Positions 46,701-56,641 of a stretch of DNA of 64,000 nt are shown in pieces. Where the stretch lies: the IMG/VR virus record IMGVR_UViG_3300033148_002693, positions 1 to 64,000 of that record. The stretch is one strand, 5' to 3'. Position 1 is the stretch's first letter. Each line of letters starts with the position of its first letter. The notes below the pieces were generated by a model that was given only the letters and a program-made list of their open reading frames with translations, was not told where the DNA came from and made no database searches. This DNA is from a virus. The translations under genes were made by a program, and so were the position numbers.

Positions 46701-49462
46701 TTGGAGAAGAGGCCGACGACGTGAAAACTAGTCTCACTGACGCGTCGGAAGCGGCCAAAGAAATGAAGAAGAAAACGAAAGACATGCAGACGGCTATCGA
46801 AGACGGCCAGGACGCGATGGGAGATTTAGATACTAAAGCAGATGATTCGGCAACGGCGATAAAGGACATGGCCGCCGACATGCTCACTGCGATTACCGAT
46901 GATTTAGGGGCTATGCCCGACAAGGTCAAGGAGATAATCGACGCGGCGGTAGTGGGGCAGAAGCAAGATTTCATAAACAAAGCAATCAGTTTGGGAAAAG
47001 ACATCGCCGGCGGTTTGATCAAGGGAACGCTCAGCGGGCTGCAAGAATACGTCAACGCGTTGGTAGCCGTGATCCAGGCGGCTTATGCCGGCGCGGCGGC
47101 TGCTGCTGGTGCCCAGTCTCCTTCCAGGCTTTTCGCCGAGTTGGGGCACGATCTCGTGGCGGGACTTGCGATGGGTGTCAAGGACGCTGGCACTTCCCAG
47201 GTGGTCGGGATCCCCGCGATCCTCAACACGTTCACGACCATCATAAACAAATTAATAGGCCTGTTCTGGGAACTTGGCGGGAGCCCAAACCTGGAGCGCG
47301 CGAAAGAGGTCGCGGACACCATGTCGGCCATCGTGTCGTTCTTGACGCAGGGGATGGAGGCCTTCGAGAAACTGAAAGATTATCGCGGATTCGCTGGCCT
47401 GGGTGACGCGGTGATTGATTTATTGAAAGAAATGCACGACGCGGTGAACAAAGCGATCTCGTTGGCGTGGGGCTGGTGGGAGGCCGAGCTGAAGCGCGCC
47501 CAGGACGTTGCAAATCTGATAGGGTCTGTGATCGACGTCATCATCAAGGCGCTTGACATGGGGACGGCCCTCGCAGAATATGAGGGAATCGAATTTGCTA
47601 ATCTTGCAGAGAGGGTGGCTCCCGTATTCAAGCAAATTGGCATAGTGATGAAGGAAATCAAGAATCTGGTAGGTGTATGGACTATCGGGGAACTCCAGGG
47701 AGTTGCTGCATTTGCCGAGTCTGCGAATCAGGTGGTGGGGTTGATCAAGGGAGCTGTCGATGCTTTGGCTGCGTTGGCAGATTATGAGCATGTGAGCGGG
47801 CTGGAAGACAAGATGTTCCAGCTTACAGTAGGGTTGCAGATAATCGTTCAATCTCTTCTTGATATGGCAGACTATTGGGAATCCGAAGCGGTGAAGGCTG
47901 TGGCGGTGTTTGCTGAAAGTGCGGGGAAGATTGTTGATGTAGTGAAACCTGCTGTAGATGCTCTCACGGCTTTGGGTGAATACGAACGGGCCAGGACATT
48001 AACAAGCGCATGGAAGGCCCTGGTGCTTGATTTGCCGGTTGCCGCCAAAGATGAATTCGGTGAAGAGGCTCTTAAAGCTGCCGTTGTGTTCTCAGAAAAC
48101 GCAGGTAAGATTGTTGGAGTCATCAAGATAGGCGTCGACGCGCTGACTGCTCTTGGCGACTATGTGAGCGCAGAGAATCTAAAGGGCGCTTGGATTATGT
48201 TCGTCAAGGATTTGCAGATGATTGTTCGCTGGATGAAGAACATAGCTGCAAAGAAGGAGTTCGGGGGAGAGGGAGTTGAGGCAGCCGCTACGTTCTCTGA
48301 GAATGCTGGCAAGATCGTCGGCATGTTGAAAGATGGCGTGGATGGTTTGACTGCCCTCGGTTCATATGTGAGCAAGGCGAATCTAAAATCGGTTTGGATC
48401 ACATTCGTGAAAGACCTGCAAATGGTCGTTCGATGGATCAAGAACATTGCTGCTAAGAAAGAGTTTGGAGAGGAAGCTATCAAAGCCGCCGCCGTGTTTT
48501 CCGAGAATGTGACCCGGATCGTCGGTATGATAAAACCCGCTGTGGATGCTATGCGTGAGTTGATAACCTACGGGGCCGAAGTCGAAGGCGGACGGATAAT
48601 GGGCATGGCCGATGCTATGGCCGACTTCGTTGGGGATTTGAAAGAGGTCATCAAGCAAATGGTCAAACTTGCCGGTGAGTTTGAGGAGGAAGGGATCAAA
48701 GCCGCCGCAGATTTCTCGGATGCTGTGAAACGCATTGTGGATGCCGTGTCTGGGGCACTCAGCTTTTTGAACGAGTTGACGAAGTTCACAGGTGGTAAGT
48801 ATATCTCTCCTGCCAAGATAGACACGATGGTCGATATGATTCGGTACATTCTGTGGAGGATAATCTGGCTTGCTGTTGAATACTCACCAGAAGCGTTGAA
48901 GGCCGCCGATGTGTTTGCAGAGCACATGAAGGAAGTATTCGAGTCGATGAAATCTGCCCTTGATTTCCTGAATGAGCTTGGTGATTCTGTCATGCCCGAT
49001 GAGGCAAAGATCACGGCATTCTTCAATGCGTTGGACAGGATAGCGGGTCAGTTTTCTAATGGTGTTGGGACATCTAGAAATATGTTAGATTCGGCAATGC
49101 AGATAGCCAATAACATCGCTTCGGCGAAAACATTGATGGGTGGGAGATCGCCATATGGTGGATACATTGAGGGCGGCATAGCTGAACAAGTTGATGGTAA
49201 TCCGTGGCCTGAATTCAATGCCCCACCTGTAAGTGGGGGAGGAGGAGGCGGTGGCGGAGGAGGCGGTGGTAGTGCCAACGATGATCGGCGCGACCAGATA
49301 CTTGCCGACATCCGCGACTCCAACCTTGACACCTTGGATGTATTGCTGTATTTGGGTGAGCAATTCCTTGGAACGGATATTTGGAGCATGATGGATGAAT
49401 TCATAGGATCACAGGCACGGCGTGATGGGAGTTTCTTTGGTGGGAGGAGAGTATTTAGTTAG
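43790..49462 (+). CDS. Tape measure protein
   Basis: 1890 aa, helical; TP901-type core (FD..M.NV.A...LY.V.SAG...V..G.TT..ELA..LG.V.P.A); C-terminal ~60-aa repeats. Confidence 0.93.
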   Translation: MSPAGMQLGGIYAEVEMKVNKFKGQLNKSVSDFKHASKQMASSAKNFGETAALSGIYAADGIKKFGVSVSGFMKKHGDAIKKWAKRGVVALTALIALSVKTAATFDKEMRNVNAIAQLSEDRFQSLQQRVVDFSMTTRASSADVAKSLYNVVSAGFETEKAFVVMSQASRAAGAGLANAEDVSRLLIATLRSYNLEVKESGYITDVFLQAVNQGITTLPELAQGLGRVFPLASKVGISFEEVAFSIARMTQTGLSTDEAVTRLMGTITGMIKPTEALDDVLARLGVKSATEAVEKFGGLNGILREFRERGIESAESVSELFGNIRGMTGVMALMGDETAMTAGALEEFKKASEGAVERAREQQYKSLSAQLARLKSAFEVVQIEIGTKVIPSLVDLIKKVVPIIRKFSELDDNTVKLGLAIAGLVIVLTSVATAIGSVLAVLSPWALAIIAVVAAIGGVVAAMKIQEDKLKKQSDELFKAALKYKDYVEMMEAAGLANRTVAEDIFDLRVELQKQGFALEDAAMKALEYNEIMERVRQAEEDLAKGDTMVRPIEAKEAALEKANMRLAEFASTNETVLKWVRKTHPEVAELADELIRVADMAEADVEYFERMGKQLQPLPESFDKATMAIDKTRIAMEKLVEADQAFEEIVAAERKVVDDARASLERKRDMLEDVEVGLDEATSGAYAWIKANEEEKKKVDDAKEALDNKRKALNNLASSFLDLREKLNGVIQGYKDFQAEMKGIEEGKKKDIGKEQEAAAKKRKDLEKQLTKDLEKLEQERADKLHWVMTGAHTRSAEENEAALKWWNDIYDQKVQELQGTYDDELKIVNAGEAAQIKVIKDSAQQQTDIAKDAREKQLEAQRQGLADMLTQMALSIMEQQGVLDDFFGGLPVTADEAWALISSGMKKVTPEMAGAIQKLSSILVDDFGEGMTTAKDNSELLYDALKEFFPELVKMADGSEEAADAVKDVGEEADDVKTSLTDASEAAKEMKKKTKDMQTAIEDGQDAMGDLDTKADDSATAIKDMAADMLTAITDDLGAMPDKVKEIIDAAVVGQKQDFINKAISLGKDIAGGLIKGTLSGLQEYVNALVAVIQAAYAGAAAAAGAQSPSRLFAELGHDLVAGLAMGVKDAGTSQVVGIPAILNTFTTIINKLIGLFWELGGSPNLERAKEVADTMSAIVSFLTQGMEAFEKLKDYRGFAGLGDAVIDLLKEMHDAVNKAISLAWGWWEAELKRAQDVANLIGSVIDVIIKALDMGTALAEYEGIEFANLAERVAPVFKQIGIVMKEIKNLVGVWTIGELQGVAAFAESANQVVGLIKGAVDALAALADYEHVSGLEDKMFQLTVGLQIIVQSLLDMADYWESEAVKAVAVFAESAGKIVDVVKPAVDALTALGEYERARTLTSAWKALVLDLPVAAKDEFGEEALKAAVVFSENAGKIVGVIKIGVDALTALGDYVSAENLKGAWIMFVKDLQMIVRWMKNIAAKKEFGGEGVEAAATFSENAGKIVGMLKDGVDGLTALGSYVSKANLKSVWITFVKDLQMVVRWIKNIAAKKEFGEEAIKAAAVFSENVTRIVGMIKPAVDAMRELITYGAEVEGGRIMGMADAMADFVGDLKEVIKQMVKLAGEFEEEGIKAAADFSDAVKRIVDAVSGALSFLNELTKFTGGKYISPAKIDTMVDMIRYILWRIIWLAVEYSPEALKAADVFAEHMKEVFESMKSALDFLNELGDSVMPDEAKITAFFNALDRIAGQFSNGVGTSRNMLDSAMQIANNIASAKTLMGGRSPYGGYIEGGIAEQVDGNPWPEFNAPPVSGGGGGGGGGGGGSANDDRRDQILADIRDSNLDTLDVLLYLGEQFLGTDIWSMMDEFIGSQARRDGSFFGGRRVFS

Positions 49463-49504
49463 GGAAATTTAACAAATGTATGTTATTATGATATACTTAT
49501 TATT

Positions 49505-49660
49505 ATGAAACGGACAACGATTTGGTTGGGGAGTGCAGACAAAGAAGCTATTGAAATCATTAAGGTAAAATATGGCATGAAATCTGATAGTGCTGTTATA
49601 AGATTTGCTTTGCGTATTATAGCATCTTCTAAAGTAGGAATAAGTAATAATGAAAATTAA
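49505..49660 (+). CDS. Ribbon-helix-helix (CopG-like) protein, 51 aa, leaderless
   Basis: Manual translation MKRTTIWLGSADKEAIEIIKVKYGMKSDSAVIRFALR...; overlaps the tnpB start. Confidence 0.75.
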   Translation: MKRTTIWLGSADKEAIEIIKVKYGMKSDSAVIRFALRIIASSKVGISNNEN

Positions 49661-50747
49661 GCGATCAGTAAAGTGTAGTCTAAAATTTACTAACAAGCGC
49701 AAGTTGCAAACATTAGATATGATTCGTCAAGAATATGTACAAGTTGTCAATGGCTATATAGATTTGTGGTGGGATGATACGCCTGTAAAGGCAGAGCTAA
49801 AAAAGGATAAAATAGATTTAATTGTAGATACTTGGTTCTCACAACGCATGAAACAAACCGCAGCTAGGGAAGCGGTAGATATGATTGCATCTGCTAGGCA
49901 ATTGGCTAAGAAATGTAGTAAGGAACCGTCGAAGCCTGTACATACTGGAAAGCGAATGGCTTGGACTTCTAGCACTGCTAATCTTGTACTATCTAAGACT
50001 TCAGAATTTGATGCTTGGTTACAGATACGCTCTGTTGGCAATAAGGTTAAATTGGATATACCTATCCAATTTCATAGGCAATTTAATAAGTGGAATGCAC
50101 GAGGCCGCCGCCTTAATTTCTATGTGATTTTGCAAGATGCGATTCAATTTGTATTTGAAATCGAAACTGGCCCTAAACAGGAACCAGATCGTTGTGTAGG
50201 TGTAGATACTGGCATTAAGAAGTTGGCTACACTAAATACAGGGGTTATGTTTGGTGAAGATATTGAACAGATAGTTGCGAAGATTAAGCGGTGTGAATGG
50301 GGGAGTAAAGGACAGAAACGAGCAAGGTCTCATTTACGTCAAAGGATGGGAGAGGTTGCTAAAAAGGTTTGCGGGATTGCTTCATTGGTTGTAGTAGAAG
50401 ATTTACAAAAGATGAATCATAAGACGAAGGTCAAACGTCGCTTGACCAAAAACATGCGGCGCGCGCTTGGTGCATGGGCATATTCATACTGGTTAAATCG
50501 ACTACAAATGACTTCTGAAGAAACGAACGTTTCGTTCCGTAGAGTCAGTCCTTACTATACCAGTCAAAGATGTAATGCATGTGGTCACACTGAGCGGAGC
50601 AATCGCAATGGCGAGAGTTTTCTTTGTCGAGATTGTGGCCATATTGATGATGCGGATATTAATGCCGCAAAGAATATTCTTGAGCGATTTCTCACCGGAC
50701 GATATGGTGCCGGTTGTAAAGCCTTAATAGAACAAAATACTATCTAG
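49650..50747 (+). CDS. tnpB: TnpB-family RNA-guided nuclease
   Basis: RuvC I VGVDTG, RuvC II VVEDL, YTSQRCNACG...FLCRDCG zinc finger, RuvC III DADINAAKNI. Confidence 0.92.
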   Translation: MKIKRSVKCSLKFTNKRKLQTLDMIRQEYVQVVNGYIDLWWDDTPVKAELKKDKIDLIVDTWFSQRMKQTAAREAVDMIASARQLAKKCSKEPSKPVHTGKRMAWTSSTANLVLSKTSEFDAWLQIRSVGNKVKLDIPIQFHRQFNKWNARGRRLNFYVILQDAIQFVFEIETGPKQEPDRCVGVDTGIKKLATLNTGVMFGEDIEQIVAKIKRCEWGSKGQKRARSHLRQRMGEVAKKVCGIASLVVVEDLQKMNHKTKVKRRLTKNMRRALGAWAYSYWLNRLQMTSEETNVSFRRVSPYYTSQRCNACGHTERSNRNGESFLCRDCGHIDDADINAAKNILERFLTGRYGAGCKALIEQNTI

Positions 50748-50756
50748 GGGGTAACT

Positions 50757-53700
50757 ATGCTGAGTATCAAGTTCAAGCAAGGTAATGATGAATTTATCGT
50801 TCAAGATTTGACATCTGGAATTGGTTTGCTGGAAAACGGCGTGCGGATAAATGGCAATCGTATATCGCTCAATTTCCAGATGATAAAGAAAAGTTCAACC
50901 GGTCAGTCACCAGACGAACAGGTGTCACGTTTGACACGTCAGATTGATTGGTGGCTGGATAAGGCTAGACTTGCCTCTAAACTAAGACAAGACGCTCCGG
51001 TGGAGTTGTGGTTGAAACAAGGAGCTATACTTGAAGAGGCAACGTTTGGGCGCGATTATATCAAGTGGATAATTGTGGATGGAACAGTTGATCAGGGCAG
51101 GTATCCATCTACTGTTCCAGGTGAGAGATTGTTCACGATCAATTTGACCGTTCAATCGCGAGAGGGACGTGGGTCAGAATACCCTGTTTTGAGGTCTGGT
51201 GGTTCCGCTTGCAGGACTGCCGGCGCCGGTGGCGAGCTGGGTCACATCACGGCCATAGATGATGGTGGATTAGAGATAACAGGTGGGGCGAGGGCTTGGC
51301 AGCAAAACGCTTTGTTTGACAGGAAGGCCGGAACCATCGGGATGTTCTGGGAGCCTTCTTGCGCTCAGTTGGCCTATGGGACTTCTGGTGATCCTGTAGG
51401 CCATCAGGTGATTTATGACATCCGCCAGGATATTGATGGGGGTGATTGGTGGACATCGAAGGAAGCGGAACAGACTTCTTGGCACGACGAGTTGGGGGAT
51501 TTCCCGACCGTCACGGTTTGGGAATGGGATGCTACTAATGTATATGTCAGAGATGCTTCCGACCAATCAATTTATATGCAGTTTACACGGGGAGCGACAA
51601 ACATATTGTCAACCGGTACAAATCCTGTCACTGAGGCGATTCATGTTTTGAACAGACGGGCATACATCATTGAGCACGATTCAGCTGTCAATTTCGCGAG
51701 GTTAATAGTTGTAGATTTTGAAAATGATAGAGCGCGATCTTTTGGTACTTATACAATGGAATATGAGGGTTCGTTGAGTGAACGTAATGGTAGCAAAAAT
51801 TGGGAAATCTTTGATGATTTGGACACTTTCAATTTAGCTGAGCATATGTGGGATGTCAGGGCCGCTTATATTGATGGGAAAGGTCAGGTGGTAGTCGTCG
51901 GAACGGATGTGGGCGTATATATGCTCTTCGAGTCTGTATTCAGTCGTTACCCCGAAAGCGCGACGATTCGTTTCATGCTCACGACTTACACGGATGTCTA
52001 TCACGTTTGGCTCACATCAGAGGGACGGTTGTATTGGAATGCCACGACCGCCGGGGATGTGAACAGCGTCTACATGTTAGAGCGGGCCGCGTTTTATACA
52101 TCTGATCAAACTGACGTTTATACCAAAATATATGATACTATTACCGATCCTGCATTGTTAGGTGTTGCTGCAACCAACATTAATGACATCTTCGTACTTC
52201 CAAAACAAGGATTCTACGAGAAATCGCAAGGATTTAAGACTGGCGATATTTTGATAGGATATGAGGCCGGCGATATTTTGGTGGTTGCCAGTAACCTTGG
52301 CATAACCATCATAGAGCAGAAGTTTGGCAATGAATATGATGGAGCAGTTCAATACATCACAACAGATTACAGCACGGGTCCGATGGTCGGGAATATCTTG
52401 GGTTGGTGGATCGGCGGTGAGGAAAACGCCGCCACTCTCAATGATAGGAGCAGGCAGAATAATGATTTGACTGTGCATGGATTCGGGGGTGGCGGCTCTA
52501 CAATTGCGGCGGATTGGTCGAACATTGAATCTATCAGGGGTAAGGCATTGATATTTGATGGGGCGAATGATTGGTTGAGTTCTGTTGATGCTGATTTCAA
52601 TGTGAATAATCAAACCCTCACATGGGGGGCATTTTTCAAAAAGGATTTGGTGTATACTGAACAGTACATAATCAATAAGGGTTGGACGGCGGGACAACGA
52701 TCATATTATCTCAAAACGACTGATTTAGGTATAATCGAAGCCGCTGTATCAGTGGATGGAACAAATTGGGTCACTGCCACGGGCACTTTGGGTCTTGCTG
52801 CGGCTGGAAATTGGGTATGTGCTATTGCAACATATGATGGCACAAATGTGAAGGTAACGGTATGGGATATGTATGGCAATAGGGATTCTGCCATCAGCGC
52901 GGGCACTGCTGGAAACATCGCGACTTCCACCGATCCATTGATAATTGGAGCAAGGGCCGACACAACGTTGAAATGGGATGGATTGTTGGCAGGCGTGTTC
53001 ATTGCTAAAGAGCTATACACGGATGAAGAGATAGAATGGCAGATGAGAACCGGACTCACGGCAGGTCGGCAAGCATATACCGAACATGTTTTGGGCGGAG
53101 CCTCTAATCAATGTAATTCAGTTTGTATGTCGGAAGATGGGAATCTGTTATTGGTCGCAACCGGGGACGGGAATCCCGGGGTGATAACTTATTGGCGATA
53201 TAGGTGGAATCACAAGGACAGAGCGGATTTGCAGATTGACGCGGGAGTTCATACTTCCGTCGCCGTTTTATCTAATGTGATGGTGGGAAGTACTGTAACG
53301 AATCGAGCTTATGAATCGCCATATCACGATGTTTTTTTGTTTGATTATGGCACGTTTGCCGATGATTATAATGAACAATTCGATAGGAATACTTATCTGA
53401 GAGGCTCTACACAAGTTTATGCTTATTATCGCCAATCAGACGGCAAGATCGTGTTTTTGGTTGGGGATACCACGTTGGTGTCTTCGGCTCTCGCGACTTG
53501 GAATCAAGGGGACATCATACCGTTGACGTTCAGATATGGATTTGATAACGGATTGCAGATATGGCGTAATCGTGTGAGCATCGGATCATCTGCGACATAT
53601 GATGGATTTCACGCATACAGAGATTTGCCCTCGACAGACGATGGCCCGGCATGGTGGTTCGGGATGAATTACGACCGTTCATACCCCGCCGGGAGAATCT

Positions 53701-54812
53701 ACGATTTCAGATATTGGCCCGTCGAATTGACCGACGCCCAGGTGGCAGTCATAGAGAGGGGGCGCGGCGAAGCCCCGTTCGCGTGGACGCAGGCAAAAGA
53801 TTGTAAGGTGTTCAACAGAAGTAATGAACGAGGCAGATCGGAAATTGTGTTCGGGAATATCCCCGGCGATATTCCGGCAGGTTTACGGATGATATATACC
53901 ATTGGAAATGATTATGAATGGTTCATCGGTTTGAGAGGACTTGACGCAACTCATTTTCAAACGTATTACGATGCCGAAGATTATGAGTACATCGAGGCCG
54001 CTCACACCGTCGTAACCGGCGATCCCACGACCATCAGCGGAAACAAGGTTTTGATAACTCCGGCTACGACCGATAATATCCGGCGCGTCGACATCAGGTT
54101 GCAGAGAGACTATATTGAATGGTTGAGGCATTTCGGGCGTTTCAGGTTGTTGGCAAGGGTCTATGAGACGGGGACAACGCCGTGTTGCAAGGTGCAATTT
54201 GCTGTGGGGTATGGTGACGGCAAATATAACTATCAAACAGACCAAGTCGTACTTCCCTGCACGCAAGATTCTAATGAATGGTTATTGATAGACTTTGGTG
54301 AAATTGTGTTGCCACCAACCCCCTTAATGGAATTCCAGAGGCGAACCGGCAGAGATGAGATCGTCGAGAATTTCGGCGATCTCCAGGATACGTGGAGCGT
54401 GTTGATGATGTTCCTGGAGAGGCCGGCGGCCTGCTCGAATGATTACGCAATAGACGGCGTGTGGCTGATACCGTCCGACCTCGCGATAGGATTGGCGTCA
54501 TGGGTTCCGGATTCGGGTGATGATGTGGCCATGATGATTTCGTTCCTTCGCAACAGCGACTTCGGGGCTTTGAAGGTCGGGACCGCAACCGATCAGTCGT
54601 GGGCGTTCAGCACGTTGACCACCCAGAGCGGTGCGAGTTGGGCCGGTGACAGGATTTACGTTCCCACGGGCCAGGATTCCGTCCTGACCATGGTGGGCAG
54701 GGGTTCCGGGCTTAGCGCCTGCCCGGACACATACAAGCAGACCGTTGACAACGCTTCCGATTATTTTAGCATTTTTGCTTGGATCACACCGTATTTTAGG
54801 TATGTGCGATGA
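50757..54812 (+). CDS. Tail-tip protein (distal-tail-like) with LamG/lectin-like insertions
   Basis: 1351 aa after tape measure; ALIFDG.ND...W...TYDG...L.IGA LamG-like domain; N.PGDIPA motif. Confidence 0.7.
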   Translation: MLSIKFKQGNDEFIVQDLTSGIGLLENGVRINGNRISLNFQMIKKSSTGQSPDEQVSRLTRQIDWWLDKARLASKLRQDAPVELWLKQGAILEEATFGRDYIKWIIVDGTVDQGRYPSTVPGERLFTINLTVQSREGRGSEYPVLRSGGSACRTAGAGGELGHITAIDDGGLEITGGARAWQQNALFDRKAGTIGMFWEPSCAQLAYGTSGDPVGHQVIYDIRQDIDGGDWWTSKEAEQTSWHDELGDFPTVTVWEWDATNVYVRDASDQSIYMQFTRGATNILSTGTNPVTEAIHVLNRRAYIIEHDSAVNFARLIVVDFENDRARSFGTYTMEYEGSLSERNGSKNWEIFDDLDTFNLAEHMWDVRAAYIDGKGQVVVVGTDVGVYMLFESVFSRYPESATIRFMLTTYTDVYHVWLTSEGRLYWNATTAGDVNSVYMLERAAFYTSDQTDVYTKIYDTITDPALLGVAATNINDIFVLPKQGFYEKSQGFKTGDILIGYEAGDILVVASNLGITIIEQKFGNEYDGAVQYITTDYSTGPMVGNILGWWIGGEENAATLNDRSRQNNDLTVHGFGGGGSTIAADWSNIESIRGKALIFDGANDWLSSVDADFNVNNQTLTWGAFFKKDLVYTEQYIINKGWTAGQRSYYLKTTDLGIIEAAVSVDGTNWVTATGTLGLAAAGNWVCAIATYDGTNVKVTVWDMYGNRDSAISAGTAGNIATSTDPLIIGARADTTLKWDGLLAGVFIAKELYTDEEIEWQMRTGLTAGRQAYTEHVLGGASNQCNSVCMSEDGNLLLVATGDGNPGVITYWRYRWNHKDRADLQIDAGVHTSVAVLSNVMVGSTVTNRAYESPYHDVFLFDYGTFADDYNEQFDRNTYLRGSTQVYAYYRQSDGKIVFLVGDTTLVSSALATWNQGDIIPLTFRYGFDNGLQIWRNRVSIGSSATYDGFHAYRDLPSTDDGPAWWFGMNYDRSYPAGRIYDFRYWPVELTDAQVAVIERGRGEAPFAWTQAKDCKVFNRSNERGRSEIVFGNIPGDIPAGLRMIYTIGNDYEWFIGLRGLDATHFQTYYDAEDYEYIEAAHTVVTGDPTTISGNKVLITPATTDNIRRVDIRLQRDYIEWLRHFGRFRLLARVYETGTTPCCKVQFAVGYGDGKYNYQTDQVVLPCTQDSNEWLLIDFGEIVLPPTPLMEFQRRTGRDEIVENFGDLQDTWSVLMMFLERPAACSNDYAIDGVWLIPSDLAIGLASWVPDSGDDVAMMISFLRNSDFGALKVGTATDQSWAFSTLTTQSGASWAGDRIYVPTGQDSVLTMVGRGSGLSACPDTYKQTVDNASDYFSIFAWITPYFRYVR

Positions 54813-56641
54813 TGAATGTGATGATTCTGAGACATACGGATATGGGCAACGATAGGTACGTTGCCAAGCCGTTGATCACGCTGTTTGACTCTAGGATAAC
54901 AGGGTTGGGGGTTAAGCACGGCATCCAGAACTGGATTGGCGGTGACCAGGAGCTGTCATTCACCATAGAGGATTTTCTCTCCGTTAACGAGCTAACGTTC
55001 GGGAAGGGCGATCTGGCGTTCGTGTATGCTGATGGATCAGACAATCCGATCTGGGCCGGCCGCGTGGCCGAAACGTCGCGCGTGTGGAAGGAAGGGCGCT
55101 TCAGCAGCGTCAACGTCGTCGCCAGGGGGTTCTGGGTGACGCTCATGGAGCATCTGCTCGACGAGGCGGTCAATAACCCGAACACGCAACCCAATGTGAC
55201 GGAGCCAATAGCTTACGCCGTCAGGGAGCTCGGAATATCGGGCCAGATAGCGATGGACCTGTCGGATATACAGTACTTCACGACGGACTTGGGCAACAAT
55301 GCGTTCACGTTCGCTCAATACAGCAAGTATCTGGGAGACATCGTGAAGCATTTCGTTCAGTTCGGCTCTGACGACGCCCCGCCGAAGCCGGCGATGTTCT
55401 TGGTGTCGGGATGGACGAACGGAAGGATGGGGATCAGGGTGGACAGCGATTACGACGTGTCTTTGCTTCCCCCTTGGCAGGGCGTGAGCGTGGGCGGCGG
55501 CGGGTCTTACGACATCGACGTGGCCGCGAGTTTCATGCGTCATGATTATAACGCCGCCGTCACCGAGGCGGCCATGTCGTACGACAAAACGATGATAGAG
55601 AAAGACGATTATGAACGTGATGTTAGGATACGATATGTCACTAAAGCTAAGAGAGCAACGTCAGGAGCAAACGCTTGGGCTGGGTTTTTCGGATTGTGGT
55701 CGGGGAACGCTGCTCCGTCAGTGACCACCTCTGGCGGATTCTATGCCAACCTGATAATGCAGGTGGTTCAGGACAACGCAGACGACATAAGGATCATGTA
55801 TAATGACGATGGGTTGAACTGGTTTACCTGGAACCATGCAGCATTGGCATGGCAGGCCGGAAGCGGTCAGGTGGCACACACCGGGTCGGCAAACACATTT
55901 TACCAGGTAGTATACGAGCATGACGATACAGGTTGGTGGGTAGAAATTTGGGATGCTGCGGGAACAACCAGACACACCAGGACCGACAAAGTTTTGTGGA
56001 CTGTTTGGACAACGAAAGATATTGGTCAATTGTGGGCGTGGTGGGGGTGTCCCTACACGGATATCTGGGATTCGATAATGACGGTAGATTTCATCAAGGG
56101 ATGGCGCTGGACATCAGGCGCAATCCCCAAGCTGAAAGAAATCGATACGTCCGACTGGGAATGGGAAATCAATGTCTCCAATCTCGACAGCTACAAGCTG
56201 ATGAATCCGGACGAGTCTATGGCGAATCGGGTCGTCGCATCGTACGGTGATCCAGTGGCGTACACCGCGATGGCCTCGGACACGGACAGCGTCGATGAGT
56301 TCGGGCAGAGGGATTTATTGGTCGAGGCCGGGGACGAGGCCACGGGCACCGCCGCCCTGAGATTGAGGGACTTAAAACTAGATTCGTCGAAAGACGAGGT
56401 GTGGCGTGGGGCATCCATCAAGTTGAAGGGTAAGGTGCGGCGTAAGGGCGGCACGATGGTCCCGGTCTACAATGTGAAGATCGGTGACAGGATGAAGGTT
56501 CTGAACGTTCTGTTCCCCGATGGGTTGGTTTTCGTGGTGGGAAGCACGGTGTATAATCACGAGGATGAAACATTGTCGATAACACCCTTGGACATGCCGG
56601 ACAGCGTGGAGTTGTGGATCACTCAATTGGCAAAGGAGTAA
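54809..56641 (+). CDS. Tail-tip/baseplate hub protein
   Basis: IW.GRV...V.ARG.W, NRV...Y...D.DS...FG.RD, .GD.. hub-like patterns with a central insertion. Confidence 0.65.
   Translation: MMNVMILRHTDMGNDRYVAKPLITLFDSRITGLGVKHGIQNWIGGDQELSFTIEDFLSVNELTFGKGDLAFVYADGSDNPIWAGRVAETSRVWKEGRFSSVNVVARGFWVTLMEHLLDEAVNNPNTQPNVTEPIAYAVRELGISGQIAMDLSDIQYFTTDLGNNAFTFAQYSKYLGDIVKHFVQFGSDDAPPKPAMFLVSGWTNGRMGIRVDSDYDVSLLPPWQGVSVGGGGSYDIDVAASFMRHDYNAAVTEAAMSYDKTMIEKDDYERDVRIRYVTKAKRATSGANAWAGFFGLWSGNAAPSVTTSGGFYANLIMQVVQDNADDIRIMYNDDGLNWFTWNHAALAWQAGSGQVAHTGSANTFYQVVYEHDDTGWWVEIWDAAGTTRHTRTDKVLWTVWTTKDIGQLWAWWGCPYTDIWDSIMTVDFIKGWRWTSGAIPKLKEIDTSDWEWEINVSNLDSYKLMNPDESMANRVVASYGDPVAYTAMASDTDSVDEFGQRDLLVEAGDEATGTAALRLRDLKLDSSKDEVWRGASIKLKGKVRRKGGTMVPVYNVKIGDRMKVLNVLFPDGLVFVVGSTVYNHEDETLSITPLDMPDSVELWITQLAKE

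Larger units (their letters stand above)
49460..50749 (+). mobile_element. Non-autonomous TnpB island (RHH + TnpB)
   Basis: AT-rich relative to flanks; own promoter TTAACA(49469)-17-TATACT(49492); bounded by TAGGG at both ends; no transposase. Confidence 0.65.

Noticed and set aside
49233-49270. Poly-Gly / GGN run in the tape measure gene
   Set aside because: An ordinary low-complexity linker, in frame.
49650-50747. Cas12f/Cas14 effector
   Set aside because: No CRISPR array or cas genes nearby; TnpB is the simpler call.
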